DNA from: Chiloscyllium plagiosum
Taxonomy: Eukaryota
Assembly: GCF_004010195.1 (NCBI RefSeq)
Contig: NC_057719.1
Location: forward strand, 28,340,747-28,404,746
DNA length: 64,000 nucleotides
Direction: 5' to 3'
Below are positions 36,951-51,680 of this stretch, piece after piece (the stretch's first letter is position 1; every line of letters starts with the position of its first letter). The notes beneath the pieces are model-generated. The model searched no databases, was not told the origin of the DNA, and saw nothing but the letters and a program-made list of their open reading frames with translations. The position numbers and the translations under genes are program-made.

Positions 36951-37840
36951 CTTGATTCACTATGTAGGCCAAATGTAACCATAACAACATGATAGCTGAC
37001 ATCATACTGAAGCAGGATTTATTATTGATAGGTATTCAGAGTCAACTGCTGCATGCAGAAAGAGGATAAAGGAGATGTGTCTAGGACTATGGATTATGCG
37101 AGCACTATTGCCCCTCATCTTAACCTACCCTTATTCTTTTCCATGCTTCTGTGTTAAAACATGTTGGTATATTTGAGGCAAACAGTGATCTCTGGGACAG
37201 GGACACATGCAGCAGAAATTAGGGACTGCTCAAGGCTGAGTCCTGTATAGCGCATGGGCCCGTACGCACTGTTGTTTCTTTTGAAGGGGCCTCACATTCA
37301 TTGGGTCTTGCTGCCCCCTCCTCTCGAGTTGAGGCACTTACCTCACCCACTCCAGGTGAGATTGCAGGCATTTTCTTCCCTAGTGAGTACGTTTATATTC
37401 CAGCACAATGGAAAGTGTTGGAACGGGAAAGGCAGGGCGGAAAAGGAGGGCTTGGCCACTTATGGAATGTCCTGAGGTGTGTGTGTGGTTGCTCTTGTGA
37501 CTGGATTCTTCCTGCCTGTTTCCCTGTGAGCAGGGCTTCCCGGTGTGTGCACCATCTCTCAGTCCCTTGCTTTAGATCCTGAGGACCAATGGGATGGGCT
37601 GCTAGAATGCAGGTATGTGTGTATCTTTTCAGCAGACGGCAAGAGTTCTGGTCCTGGCTCTCCATGGCTGCTGCCAATCTCTGCAGGTTGCCAATCAGAT
37701 GTTCGCATGCTTGGAGCAGCTGGGTCCCAGGGCATAGCAGTTTGCCTGTTGCCTCTTTCAGATTTCTGCGAATTGCTCCTGTTCCTCTCTATGTACGTGG
37801 ATGAAGTTCCTGATTGCCAACACCACAGGGCCGAAATGGG

Positions 37841-38062
37841 TACTGCAGATGCTGAAGATTAGAGTCAATATTAGAGGGGTGGTGGAAAAGCAAAGCAGGT
37901 CAGGCAGCATCCGAGGAGCAGGAAAAATCGACCTTTCGAGCAAAAGCCCTTAATCAAGTATCAGGAATTCCTGATGAAGGGCTTTTGCCCGAAATGTCAA
38001 TTGTTCCTGCTCCTCGAATGCTGCCTCACCTGCTGTGCTTCTCCAGTACCACTCTAATCTTA
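37841..38062. mobile_element. Fold-back PLE terminal repeat with hammerhead motif at 37971-37998
   Basis: Palindromic centre tcaggaattcctga (37961-37974). Contains CTGATGA-a-GGGC-TTTT-GCCC-GAAA-TGTC. Confidence 0.8.
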
Positions 38063-39142
38063 ACACCACAGGGCCCCTTTCTGCTTGAAGCTGAGCAAGG
38101 TGCCTGGTCTCAGGTAATTCTCCGAGTGCTAACGGCCTGGGCTATTTCTTCCTCAGCCAGTTGTGGATCTGTGACAGTAAGTACTCCCCAGCACGTGTTC
38201 CCAAACTTTGTAAACCTGATATTTCCACTGAGTTGACAGTACCTGAGCAGTGGGGTGGGAAGGGGGTTCCTAACCCTATCGCAGACAGCTTTATCAATAC
38301 TCTCTTGAATGCCTCTGATCCTCATCCCTCAGTTATCAAGGACATACCTTCTGGTGGGGTAGGCTGTTTCTCTGCCAAGGCCATGGAAAAAACACCTGGG
38401 GGGGGGGGGAATCTGCAAGGCACAAGAATGATGGCCAATGTTTAGAAGTGGAAAGAAAGACCCTGATGTTGGGGTTAACATCAGAGATTCAGAGATGCAG
38501 TGGAATGAAGAATGTGACCTATCTGGCTGTTGGGACAAGGATGCTTTAGCATCTCCACAGGTCACAATCTTCCCCTGCAATGCCCTCCTTCTAGTCAGTG
38601 AGAGTCTGATGTCAGGTGCTGCTCCTCCCATCCTTTCTGCCCGATTGTCAGAGGCTTTCACCCGGAAAGAGTGAAAAGAAGGAATTTATTAAGATGCAAA
38701 TGGATGGCACATCATTGAGAAAATTGTAGAAAAAGTCATCCAAAATAATAGCATTTTTCACTGCCCTTGAAGCAACCAGATGACTTAAAGAAAGTAGGTT
38801 CAACCCTTTTCAATATTAATATTGCTCAAGATGAAAAGGATTTTTAAAGATAAATCTGGATAAATGAAAAACTTTCTGGTATAAGTTTATAGAGAATTTA
38901 TTTGCGAAGGTATTACATTGCTGTAAAATAGTCCCATGTTATATTGACTCATGATATAATGTATTATCATGGTTCAATCTGATCAAACCTCCTTCAATTT
39001 GCATTCAAGTAGCATGACACCATATAGTCAGAATTCTGGTGGTCTCAGGACTCCTTCCAATGTTCAATTAATCATTCTTTCCACCATGACGGTCTAAATT
39101 TCTGCACTGACACAGACGCTTTATCTTACAGAAAATAGTGGC

Positions 39143-39879
39143 TGTTAAAAAGATGTGGGTATTCTGTACCTTTAAGAACGTTAAAAGCTAGCAGAAGTAC
39201 CTGACAGCACCAAATGTTCTGAACAAAATACAATGTAACCTTTTGAGCCAGCAGTTAGTGTGCCTAGTTGTCTGGAGACAAAAAAAATTCAAATTAGACC
39301 AATCAGTTTAAATTATACCCTGGAAAATACCAAATTCCAATCAAATTTGAATTGAGTATATTGACAATATTAAAAGCCAATGACACAATACAATGCTTTG
39401 GGGGTGTAAGACTGGGAAAATTTGAACAGTTGGGAGGAGAACTGCCAAAAGACAAACAAATGTAGGCTGCGAGTGAGAACTCTTTGTCAAGTACCTGTCT
39501 AGAGAAGGAGTTTGCACAGAGAAAATAATATCGACCTGGAGGGCAAATCGACAGAGGAAGATACAAAGGGAAGATTCGACAACTGCCAGGCTTTGAAATG
39601 TGAATTTTTGGTTAAATCTTAATTGGGGGTTTTATCGGACTAGTATTACAGAAGAGAAAGTAAAAGATAGGTTAGAGGAAGGAGTTGTAAATAATTGTTT
39701 GTTAATTATTCTCTGTTATATTTTAAGAAATAAAGTTGTTAATTTTTACTTTAAATAGTTCTTGGCCTTTCAAATTTTCACTGATTACTGCATGGGATAA
39801 ATCTTTTCTGTGTTGCTGGTTAAAATTAAGTGGGCGGGGGGGGGGGGGGGGGGGAGGTATCTTGCCCTGTGTCGTAATA
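39143..39879 (+). mobile_element. Possible solo LTR
   Basis: Starts TG (tgttaaaaagatgtggg), has ccaat boxes, a late aataaa and a gtcgtaata end. No matching target duplication found. Confidence 0.3.
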
Positions 39880-42800
39880 CAACCAAGGCAGAAATCCAGA
39901 ATTCCACCCCAAATCTGGTCCCCACCATTATTGTGCAGAGGAAGTAACATATGGTTACTCTGTGGTTCATTGATGCGACTGCACATGTGCCTCGCTCATA
40001 TTAAATTTTTGCTTGTGGCGTGTTCAAACATGACGTGTTCTTTAGCCCTGGTAGAAGAAGGTTAAACTTTGTAAAGATTTCTCAGAGAGGTACTGAATCC
40101 TTTGGCGGAAGACACATTGTTGGAATATAATTAGAGAGATTAGATGTGCTGTGGTAAAAGTTAGGCATCTTTTGGGAGAGGTGCAGCGCTCTTTGGTATT
40201 GTTAAAAATAGTGATGCATGTGTGAGAGAAGTAGATAACCCGATTGGCACTGTCAAGCTTTTTCAAGCAGCCAAGCTGTCACAGCAGCTACGATATTTGC
40301 ATCTCCTGACTTTAACAAAAAATTGAGCAAAAATTATCTGCATGTTAAAAACAAATCAGTGCTCGCTAGTTCATGGTTTTTTTTTGACAGAAGTCTAAGC
40401 ATTACCATTAGTTTTATGTGACTGATTTTATAACCTACCAATATCACAGTGGAGTGCCTGTCAATTCACTGTTTGATGACAGGAGCATGTGCTTGACATA
40501 TTCATAATGATGGTCAAATGATCAATCTTTCATCAAGGATGGATTAACTCTGGGGTTCATCTATTAAAACAGTGAAACACATTGCACGTTACAAAGCAGA
40601 CCTTACAGCAAACCAACTCATTTCTGAGTAAACAGTTCACAAAACCGTGGCAGACACTAGCTAGGCAGAGCTACAACATCGAATACACATGACATATGGA
40701 GTCCTTAAAAGTGGACTCTCTTAAACGCACAGTACACATACAACAGTGATGGTAAAGTATTTGTGGTGGGACAGTGAATACAATTTTATTAAAGAATTAA
40801 AATAAGTGAGATGCACTGAATTCATTTCAATCTCAGTATGGATCCTGATCTCTGTCAATGGCATGCAAGGTGTCAGGTCAAAGGATGGTGAGTGACAAAC
40901 ATGGGCTAGCATGAGTTGGCACAAATTTGGCATTTGGCTATAAAGGGCCATGAAAATGTGTAGAGGGATATAGCCTGTCATGGAGGGTACGACAGATGAT
41001 GGATGTAGATTGGCATGGATAGGGCATAGGGTAGTGAGTAGGGGGTTCTGAGGGTAGGTTAAGGCTGGAGGCATTTTATTTAAAGTTATTTTGTCCATAA
41101 CTTTGACAAACTGCAGGGGGATGCATTCTTTCATAAATTTAAGAGTGATGATTTGGTCCAGTTAAATCAATACAGCGAAAGATATGATTATCATAAAAAA
41201 TAAGCAATTTAATCTCAGTCTGGTCCACCACCTGTGAGTAATCTTATTTTAAATAACTTCAAATGACTTCAAAATAATTATACAGAACTATTTACCAGTT
41301 TAATTGGTGTTCAGTAGTCAGATTCTTAGTAAATAGAAAAAGATGTTTGAAAGTGTTTGAAAATATGTATTTAGTGTCCTTGGGCTTAAAAATATGTTCA
41401 TTTTAAGAGCCACCTTCACAAGTGGACACAATTAATGGAATTCCATCTGGGAGTGTGGCCAGGTTTGTGGGCAGGACCAGGTCCCAGTGTGATGCCTTTT
41501 AAACCTGCCGAAAACTTCACAGAAATCCGATTTGCAATGCACATAATTTGTACTAAAATGGTGTGGTCTTTCTGAATGGGTTTAGTCTATTTCAAGTGAA
41601 TTGTGCTTTGAGGAAATAATGAATCCTAGAGGAAGGTCTTGTCTCATACATCAACAACAACTCTTTATATAACTTAAAGTAATAGATTCGCAGATCATGA
41701 TCAGTGAATTTATTTCCAAATTTAATTGTGCTGATAAAGCAAACAGTGCAGAATATTTGAGTTCTTTATCTCTACTTAATCAGAAATCTAAGCACAACAG
41801 ATTCTAAAGTGGTGTGGTTCATATGCTCAAACAGGACATTAAATCCTGCAAACCTGATTCATGATTGCATTGTAATTGAAATGATTGCATTGCAAACCTG
41901 ACAGTGACAATATTGGAAATTAGGAAGTCAAATTCCTTCAGGCTGATGATCTGGACTTTTCCCATAACTCTGGTGACACTCTAACAGAAGGGCTTCGAGT
42001 AAGGCCAGATCCTAGATAGACCAGATTCCAGTCCTAACTGAGAAAGTCCCATTGCCTTGTGATAACCAAAGACTCCCCCCATTCTTGGAAGGTCAGCCAA
42101 GTCAATAGGGGCAGAAATGAGAGACAAGTTAATGAGGGATCTACCATAATACTAAAGACTGGTGCACTCCAAGGTATCATGTACACCACTCCTATACATG
42201 ATCCAATTAAGGGGAATGACATGATCCCTGTAAGATAGGTAGATATTTTCAGCATTGCTATTATACCTCATTATAGCGGTTGAAGTTGTTCCAAGTGTTC
42301 CCTGAATGAATATGCTTGCCACAGATTCTCACACCACTTTCTCCCCACTCCCCTCCAATCCAGTGGTTGTACTTTCTGGCAGCATGGCAATAAGCAGTCC
42401 CCATGCATCTTCCAACACCTGTCTCCATGTTATTATCTTTATTTGTAATGGTTAACAAAATACCACCACTTGTCCTAGCTCTGTACCTCCACATAACTCA
42501 CAATTTCACAGTACTTATTTCCTCTAGTCAGCACTGATGAATTAACCCACTGACAAACGATCTGTCTTGGTGGCTTTCAGTAAAGTTTATCTTTTGTGTT
42601 CAAGTCCAGAACTTGGTTGTGATGCTACAACCAATCTACCCTCTCATACAATCTCACCACCAACTGGTTGCCAGGGCATTAGGAATATCAAACCAGGAGG
42701 CTATCTTTCAATAAGAGCCATTTCCTCTTACTGTTTTATTTACTTCAGACAATTTGTGTGCAGAGAATTGGAACAAGAACATATACCAGATGTCCATAAG

Positions 42801-43711
42801 TATTTTGGAATGTAAGGTATTAAATTTAATCCAGACACAAAAACATAATTGTAATAATGATCACTTTTTACACCATTAGTTTCAGCAGAAGTTGGCAATG
42901 TTAAACATGCCATCATGCAGCTGTTCTAAAACAAAAGCAGTTTTGGATAATACAGACAGAGAGATGGAAAACCTCCTCCCTGGCCTTTAAAATTAATGAG
43001 AAACTTCCAATTGTGCACACACAAAGGAGCTGGTCTTATTTCGGCTGATTAATTCTTGGAAATTTTCCCAAATTTAAAAAAAAATAAGCTAATGGTTTGT
43101 GAATTATCTTCATACCACTCACATATTCAATTTCAGGTCGAATTCAGGGGATGTTTTGCAAATTATTTTGCCAGCAGAAATTTCAAAATGCTTCCAATTA
43201 TACTCATAAACATGTCCCAGCACTCCACCAAAACAGGACTTTCCTTTTCAAGATTATAACATTCAGAAAACACACTGACCCCTGGATGTACTCATCACGT
43301 TATCTGATACACCACTGTTTCACAATCAACAGGAGCACAAGACTAAAGGGAAAAAAAATCATCTTGTTTCATAGCCTCATACAATTCTGAGCATTTCTTT
43401 CCTTTTCCCCCCTCCATCTTCACTAATCATTTCATTATCTGGTGAGTGCAGAATAGCCTTGGGTGACACTTGTCTCTCAATTACTTTGATTTCACTTATC
43501 TAAACATTTCATTGATTCTTTTCCTCTCCTTCATCTGTGACATTCCTCCTCCCCTCCAATGTTAAATTAGATTAGAATTTACCGAATAAACGTGCCCAAC
43601 AATAAAAACACTGATAATGAGCCACATTGATTTTCACTTAAACTTACGAACAAAATTCATGCATTTTATTTTAAATTACTACGTTTGTGACATATATTCT
43701 GGAAATGTTGT

Positions 43712-43985
43712 CAGCTGTAGTTCAATGGGTATCAACGCAGCCTCTGAAATAGGAAGGTTGTGGGTTCAAGGCCTGGTCTAGTACCTTGGCAACTGATAGA
43801 GTGTTGTACTGCAATTTTTTTGGATGGGAGGTTTAACAGTCTGCCCTCTTAAGTAGGGAAATGAATCCAATGGCATTGTTTGAAGAAGACTTGGGGAACT
43901 ATTGCTGGTCAACATTTTATTCCTCAATTAATATAATGAAATCAGATTATCCTGTCCTGGTCACATTGTTGTTTGTAGGACTGTC
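43712..43985 (+). mobile_element. DeuSINE-like ancient SINE
   Basis: tRNA-like head (agctgtagttcaatggg...gtgggttcaaggcc) and Deu-like cagattatcctgtcctggtcacattgttgtttgtagg. Confidence 0.6.
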
Positions 43986-45499
43986 TTCCTTCTTCTTTTA
44001 AAGAAAACAAATTTGACAACAAAAAATGTGACTTCAAGTTTCATAATTACATTTAAGCATATTAAACTTCTGTCAGATCCTAAAACCTGCACGCTTCATT
44101 AATCAGACCACATTGGTCAGTATTCTAATAGCATGTAGAACTGTTTTTTAAGAATAATCCATTACCAAGGATGACAAAATCTAATTTTATACTGAATTAT
44201 TTCTAAAATAATAAATGGTGTCTGCCCATCTGTATTAATTTCTGTCACTGCACACTGTTTTGACCAAAATAATATTAGTTTGAATGAAACCATGACAAAT
44301 ACATTATCATCATCAAACCCTGTTAAATAATGCACACTGTTTTGTGGGAAATGTCCATTATTTATTTTGAGTGGGCATTTTTGAAGTATCATTGTTTAAA
44401 CCTGACTTTAATTTCCAAATCTGACAATGTGATGACTCTGATCTGACATAAGGTGAGATAACTTTATGGGCTGATCCCACTTCCTAAGCAATCCATCCCT
44501 TCGGCCCAGCAAGCCTGCAAAGATTCCTAATCCTTATTTAGACCCACAACTTATTGCCCATAGTGGTATCTATCCCACTGTTCGCCCCCCATATATGTGT
44601 CTATTAAGATATGCCTTAAATGTTGCTAACATGCCTGCTCCCACCACCTCCACTGGCAGTACTTTCCAGTCATCCACCACCCTCTGTGTGAAAAACTTGC
44701 CCTGCAGTTTTCCCCTCACCTTGAGCCTGTGTCATTTTGCAGTTAACCTTTTCACCTTGGGAAAAAAACCTCTGACTATCCACCTTATCTAAGCCTTTCA
44801 GAATTTTGTAGACCTCTATCAGGTCACCCCTCAGCCTCTGTCTTTCCAGTGAAAACAATCCGAGTTTATTCAACCTCTCCTCATAACTAAAACCCTCTAG
44901 ACCTGATAAACTGCCTCTGCCCCTGTTCAAAGCATTCATATCCTTCTGGTAATGTGGTAACCAGACCTGCATGCACTATTCCAAATGTGGCAAAACTAGA
45001 ATTTATACAGCTGTACCATAACTTGCCAACTTTTGTATTCAATGCCCTGGCCAATGAAGGCGGGCTTGCTATATGCCACTTCACCACCTTATCCATTTGT
45101 GTTGCCACTTCCACGAATCTGTGGACCGAAACATCCGGATCACTCTGCATGTCAATTCTCCAAAAGGTTCTGCCATTTATTGTATAATTCTCACCTGAAT
45201 TTGATCTTCCAAAATGCATCACCTCCCATTTGTCTAGATTAAACTCGACCTGCCATTTCTCTGCCTAAAGTTGTATCTATCTATATGCTGCTGTATCCTT
45301 TGACAATCCTCCTCACTATCTACAACTCCACCAATTTTGGTGTCATCTGCAAACTTACTAATCAGACCACCTACATTTTCCTCCAGCTCATTTATATATA
45401 TATCAAACAACAGAGGTCCCAGCGCTGATTCCTGCAGAACACCACTAGTTACTGATCTCCATTCTGAGAAGCACCTTCCACTGCTACTCTCTGTCCTAG

Positions 45500-45720
45500 A
45501 CTTAACGGCAATCGAGCTTTGTTCAATATATCATTTCAGTTGCATGCCACTGTAATCTTTTGCTATAAATTCTGTATCTTATGATCCTGTTCAACAGCTA
45601 CCTGATGAAGGAGCAGCACTCTGAAAGCTAGTGCTTCCAAATAAACCTATTGGACTATAACCTGGTGTTGTGTGATTTTTAACTTTATGAACCTCAGTCC
45701 AACACCAACTCCTCCACTTC
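45500..45720 (+). mobile_element. PLE family B terminal repeat with hammerhead motif (45599-45633)
   Basis: tac-CTGATGA-a-GGAGC-agc-ACTCT-GAAA-GCTA-gtg. The downstream ggactataacctggtgttgtgtgatttttaac is shared with 59030-59370. Confidence 0.78.
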
Positions 45721-46639
45721 TATGACCAAGCCAGTTTTGTATCCATCTAACAAGCTCATCCGAAACCCCAGATCCCATCTTTTGTAACAGCCATGAGATA
45801 CCTTATCATATGCCTTATGAACGTCCATGTAGACAACATCCACTGCCCTTCCCTCATCAATCATTCTTGACACCTCTTCAAAAAACTCAATCAAGTTGGT
45901 GAGACATGACCTTCCTTGCACAAACCAATGCTGCCTATCACTAATAAGTCCATTTGCTTCCATGTGTGAATAAATCCTGTCTCTCAGTATTTCTCCTACA
46001 ACTTGCCCACCACTGACATCACACGCACCAGCCTGTATTACCTAGATTTTCATACATCTTTCTCTAACCTCAACATCCCTCAGTTTGATGAATACTCATT
46101 TAGATCTCACTCATTTCCTCTGGCTTCACACATAACCTCCCTCCTATATCCTTGAGTGGGCCTACTCTTTCCCTAGCTACCCTCTTGCTCCTAATATATG
46201 TATAAAACACCTTGGGATTCTCCTTAACCCTGCCAGCCAAGGACATTCATAGCCCCTTATAGCCCTCCTAATTCCCCATTTGAGGTCCATCCTACATTCT
46301 CTATATTCTTCATGAACTTTGTCTGATTGTAGTTGCCTAGACCTTGGGTATATTTCCTTTTGTTTTGACCAATCTGGTAATTTCCCCTATCATCCAAGGT
46401 TCCCAAATCCTGCCATTCCTGTCCTTCATTTTCAGAAGAACATTCCTGTCCTGCACTCTAATCAACTCGTCCTTGAAAGACTCCTACATGTCAGATGTGA
46501 AATTACCCACAAGCAGCCACTCCCAATCCACACTCTCCAATTCTTGCCTGATTTGGTTACAGTTGACCTTCTCCCAGCTTGACATCTTTATCCAAGGTCC
46601 ACTCTTGTCATTATCCATAGTATCCAAAAACTTACAGAA

Positions 46640-47080
46640 TTAGAATAGAAGAGCCTTTATTGTTATGTGTACTCAAATGAGAGCAGTGAAAAGTTTGTAA
46701 TGTCACCTCTTTGGTGCCATCTTAGGTACAGGTTACCTAGGTACAGATACTTTAAATGTTTGTTGCAGAATTGAAAGAGTAAAAAACACTCTAGCATAGG
46801 AATACAAAGTTTTAAAAAGTACTTGAATTACTCAAAGTCCAGGATAAGAATAAGAAGTATCTTTAAAAAGTACTCAAATTATAATCCTTTTCACTGAGTC
46901 TGTGTTCGATAGGTTTCAGAACATGTGGCCTTGCTGCCTCCACACACTGGTCTCTGGCCAGACTCGCCTCCAGGTCTTGCCTCCCAGTTTTGGACTGGGC
47001 TCAATCTGCTCCTACTCCAGGCTCTGGCTCATGACATGCTTCCGGGACTCGCCTCCTAGGTCAACTCAGGCTCGGTTTTG
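46640..47080 (-). mobile_element. Unclassified non-LTR-like 3' end, also present at 54165-54395
   Basis: Shared ctttattgt..gtactcaaatgag..cagtga..agtttg/ac..cttaggtaca next to a short microsatellite-like tail. Confidence 0.45.
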
Positions 47081-49385
47081 TTCACTATTCCCAAAATGCT
47101 TCCCCACTGAAACTTTGATCACCAGGCCAGAGGGCTCATTTTCCAATACCAGTTCCAGTTTGGCCTCTCTCCCTCATTGGACTATCCACGTACTGTTTCA
47201 AAATACCTTCCTGGACACAGCTAACAAATTGCTTGCCATCCAAACCCCCAGCACAAAGGGAGTCCCTGTCAATATGGGAGAAGTTAAAATCACCCAGCAC
47301 AACAACCCTGTTATTTTCACATCTTTCCAGAATCTGATAACATATCTATTCCTCTATCTCCTACTGGCAACTGGGATGTCTACAATACAATTCCAACATT
47401 GTGATTGTAGCCTCCTGTTCCTGAGCTCTACCTATAATGCTTTGCTGCAACATCCTCCCTCAGCACAGTCATGATGTGCTCCCTAGCCAGGACCGCAACT
47501 CCCCTAAGCCTTTTGTTTCCTTCTGTGTATTATCTAAAACATTGATATCCCGAAACATTAAGTTGCCAATCCTGTCTCTTTTTCAACCATGTCTCTGTGA
47601 CACCAACAACATCTTAACTGCATGCATTAATCCAAGCTCTAGGTTCATCCGTCTTACCTGTTATACTTCTTGCATTGAAGCAAATACAGTCCAAGCCTCC
47701 AGATCCGCTGAGCTCAGCAATCTCTCCCTGACTGGTCTTCCTTTTAGCTATATTTGCATTAGTCTCAAGCTCTTTCCAAGTCTCTATACTTACTGACCTG
47801 CTGCTCTGGTTCCCACCCCACCTTGCCACATCAGTTTAAACCCTTCCAAGAGGTATTTTCAAACGTCCCTGCCAGGATATTGGTGCCGTTCCAGTTTAGG
47901 TGCAACCCATCCTTCAGGTCCCACCTTCCCTGGAAGACATCCCAGTATCCACATATCTAAAGCCCTTCCCCCTACACCAGCCACATTTTCAGTTGTACTC
48001 TGTCACAGCTCGTAGCCTTAGTAGCTTCTGGCATGGGGATTAGTCCTGAGATTACTGCCCTACAGGTCCTGCTTTTTTTAGTTTACTACCTAACTCCCTG
48101 AATTGTCATTGCAGGACTTTGTCACTCTTCCTAACTGTTTCATTTGTGCCAATGTGGACAATGATTTCTGTCTGTTTACCCTCCCTTTTCAGGATGTCTT
48201 GTACCCGCTCAAAGACATCCGTGATCCTGGCACCAGGGAGGCAATGTACCACGCTGGAGCCTCTCTGTGTCCCTGACTGTCAAATCTCCAATTACTATTG
48301 CTTACTGCACCTTGTCCCTCCCTTCGGTACAGCAGGGCCAGTCATGGTGCCACTGCTTTGGCTGTTGCTGTCACTTGATGGGCCATCGTCCTCATCAGTG
48401 TCCAAAACTGGATATTTGTTTGACAGGCAGACAGCTGCAGGGGACTCCTGCACTGACTGCCTGCCCTGTCTATTGGTCACCCCTCACCCCCACTATCAAT
48501 CTTCCTGTACCAATTTAAGCATTTATAGTAAAGAACCAAAAATAACTTTCAAATTCAAATTCTTTTGTGACCTTGAGATTTTCCAGGAAACTGTATCACT
48601 GAAGCTTTCTGTAGCAATGTTTAATTAGCAAAAAAGCAGTTTCTCAAACTTAAACCAGCAGGAAACATTGTGGGAGTAAAGCAGCAAGTGTGGTTTGCCC
48701 AAAAAAAAACATATTTCCACCCCATTTAAAAGGTTCCAGAAGTTGATGAAGTCTTTCCTTATATTTGAATTCAAACCAGAGATCAATATAGATGAGAAAC
48801 AACATTTATATTGATTACATTCTGTTAGACTTATCTTCTTCATGTGAAAAAAACTCAGTTTCCCCATATAACAAAATGCAGATATGTACAGAAGCTAAAG
48901 AAACAGTTTAAAGCCACAAAGTATTTCTTGATACATTTCAAGTGTTAAGAACATAATTCGATCCATTTAGCATGCATTAGACTGCCAGTGTGAAATTAAT
49001 GAACAGGCATATTCATGTCAACTGAGAGCTATCTAAAAGACAGTCTGGTCTGCTTCATTCAGGCAATGGTAATAGTTTCTTAGTACTATAGGACCTAGAG
49101 GAAATCTGGAAAAACTCAGCTAATCATTCGTTGCACCATGTCTTTGAAATTACACAGATGTCTTTTGAATTCACAAGAAGGAGAATTGAGAAATTAAAGG
49201 ACATTTTCTTGTCCATAAAATAGATAATGGAGCTAATGATTTCCTCCACTCATATATTATGGGAATTAGGAATATTGAACAGACAAGCAGATCACTGTGG
49301 CTTGTGAGTGGGAAGTTTTCCGACTACTCCTCAGGCAGTCGACTCACGCTTTTTCACTCAAGAGGGGAAATGGTTTTTCAAATAC

Positions 49386-49430
49386 CTGAACCACTTTCAA
49401 ATACAACATTGTTCAAGCTGAGTCGGCTTC
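49386..49430 (-). other. Candidate 45-nt frame-preserving exon
   Basis: aaaacag|GAAGCCGACTC...GGTTCAG|gtattt. Reads (G)SRLSLNNVVFESGS. Weak pyrimidine tract. Confidence 0.2.
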
Positions 49431-50959
49431 CTGTTTTTAAGGATTTTTTAAAATATCAGATATGCATTCACCTTGGACCTTGAGTTAAAATTTTCTTCCA
49501 AAAATATTTTTTTTAATTATAATTCCTTCCATTTTACCTTTAAAAAAATCAATTGTCGAGCCAGCAGCCTTAGAGAAAGATTTCCTATGCTTTCCGTTCC
49601 TGGTAAAACCGGAAATGTGAATATAAGGAAATTGTTTATGCTTTGACTATAAGGAAGTAACAGAGAAAAATAACATTTCATTTTAAAGACAATTATATCA
49701 AATTCTGTATCTGGAAATGAAATCAGTTATACCTGTTTCTTATTATAATTTTCAGCAAGATGAATTTATGGTTATGCTTTTTATTATATAACAATAGTTC
49801 TGATTGAATGGTCACCTGTTAAAACTTCAGAGTTAGTCATTTACAGAAAGATTAAACATGTTTCATTATATTCAAAACTGCTCCACAGAGCATGGAGTTT
49901 TAAAGCACGGGGAAGTCCATTTGACTCTCTCAGCATCTGTTTTCTAATGGAGCTGCCTACTTAGTTCAGTTTCTATGCCCCTTTCCAAAATATTCATGAA
50001 TTTCCTTTTTAAAATTCACAATAAAACCTGTTTCTACTATTAATTCCAGAGTACAACATTCTGTATAAATAGTTTCTTAGCAAGCTACTTAGTGTCATGG
50101 TGGTGAGCTTGTCCACAGGATGGAGAGCCAGTGGTAACCCTATCATGGCCATTTCTAAGAACTCTGTTAAGCTGGCATCTCATTAGGCTCAGTCTAGATC
50201 TGCAGCTCCACTGGGGCTAATTATCCATTTGGTCTCCAGACAGTGTAGATACCCCACAAGATCAATCAGAGAATGGCAGTTCTCCGATCCTGATAGCTCC
50301 ACTGAGAGTAGGAGTCTTTGGTATTTCTTCAGTTTCGCTATAGCCCCCAGACTGAGAAAGGTAGAAACATTCAGTGAGAGGGGAAAGGATAGAGAAGCTG
50401 TTGTTTAGGGCAGGGATATGACTTCTCAACGTTTCCGTCACTGGGACTATCCCTAAGGACCTTTAGCTCAGGATGCTGGAAAAGAAGTGCCCACCACCAT
50501 CCACCACTAACCACCCCCCACCCTGCTTTCCCCCTCAGCCCCCACCCTCTCCCCCCAAAAACAGGCCACAGCTATAGAGGGTTCACCTAGTTTTTCATCA
50601 CAGTTTTGCCCACTGTGGCAAGATGTGACCCATAAGTGGGCACTTAAGAGTATCAATTAGCTTCCAGGTAGCTCAGAGGAGTCAGGAATGTTACTTGTTC
50701 TCCAATGTCCTGCCCCATTATGTAGACTCCCTACCTCCCATTTCAACTCTGGGCTAGCACTAAATTCTACATTTAACCTTGTTGTTCCTTCTTCAACTGC
50801 GACCTTAACTTCGATTCCTTCAGTTAGTGAAATTATAATTTCCCTATTTATCTTATGAAAACATGTCTGAATTGCTATTAGATTTTTTTCTCTCCAGTGA
50901 AAAGATAACCAGGTTGTCTAGTTCTCTTGTAAATAAAGTCTCCCAACCAACAATAATAA

Positions 50960-51680
50960 CTACCTACCACATTTGGATTTATAAAGGAGGAAGGAAAGGT
51001 GGGAGGTGGAGATATTTAGAAAGGAATTTCCAGAGATAGGTCACTGGCAGCAGAAAGCACGAATGCCAGTGATGAAGCAATTAATATTTTTAATATCATA
51101 AGAGGCCAGAATGAGGGGAGTGCAGATACTTCTGAGAGTTGTTGAGCCAGATAGGATTACAGAGATCGGCAATGGTGAGGCAATGGAAGGGTTTCAAACT
51201 TGATGTTGCTTAACATTGAACTAGGGTGAGAAATGTGGCTAGGAATGCATTGGAATAATCAGGCTAAGAGGTTATAGAGACATGGATTTCATTAGCCAAT
51301 GAACCAAGAAGAGGATGTCACAGATGTAGAAAAAGCTTAAATTAATAATGGCCAGGATTTGTGGTCAGAGTTTCACTTGAGAATCAAATATGAAACCAGG
51401 TTTGCAAATCGTCTGGTTCAGGGCGAGGGATTGACTTGATAGGTGGGAATGGAAATTGTAGCCAAAACTAAAGGCGATGGCTTCTGTTTACAATTGAGGG
51501 AACTTTCTGCTTATCCAGTACTAGATGCCAGTTAAGCAGTCTGACAATTTACTGACGTTGGGGTAGTCGAGAGAATTGTGGGCGAGATAGAGCTGGGTGT
51601 CATTAGCAAACAAGTTGAAGCTGATTACAGATCACATCACCAAGGGACATCATGAACTCAGAAGTAGCAAGAGCCAAGCA
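50960..51680 (-). mobile_element. Ancient L2-like LINE relic
   Basis: Purine-rich plus strand with L2-type antisense text (ggaatttccagag...gagctgggtgtcattagc). Confidence 0.5.

Larger units (their letters stand above)
44490..48480 (-). mobile_element. Long degenerate CR1 LINE (ORF1 relic through ORF2 3' end) with nested insertions
   Basis: Relics FSYEERLNKLGLFSLERQRLRGDLIEVYK, QHWFVQGRSCLTNLIEFFEEV..DVVYMD.KAYDKV, CICFNARSITGK (endonuclease start), and ORF1-like LSNKYPVLDT (48295-48480). Confidence 0.88.

Noticed and set aside
42034..42494. Two adjacent minus-strand ORFs
   Set aside because: No recognisable motif or convincing splice structure.
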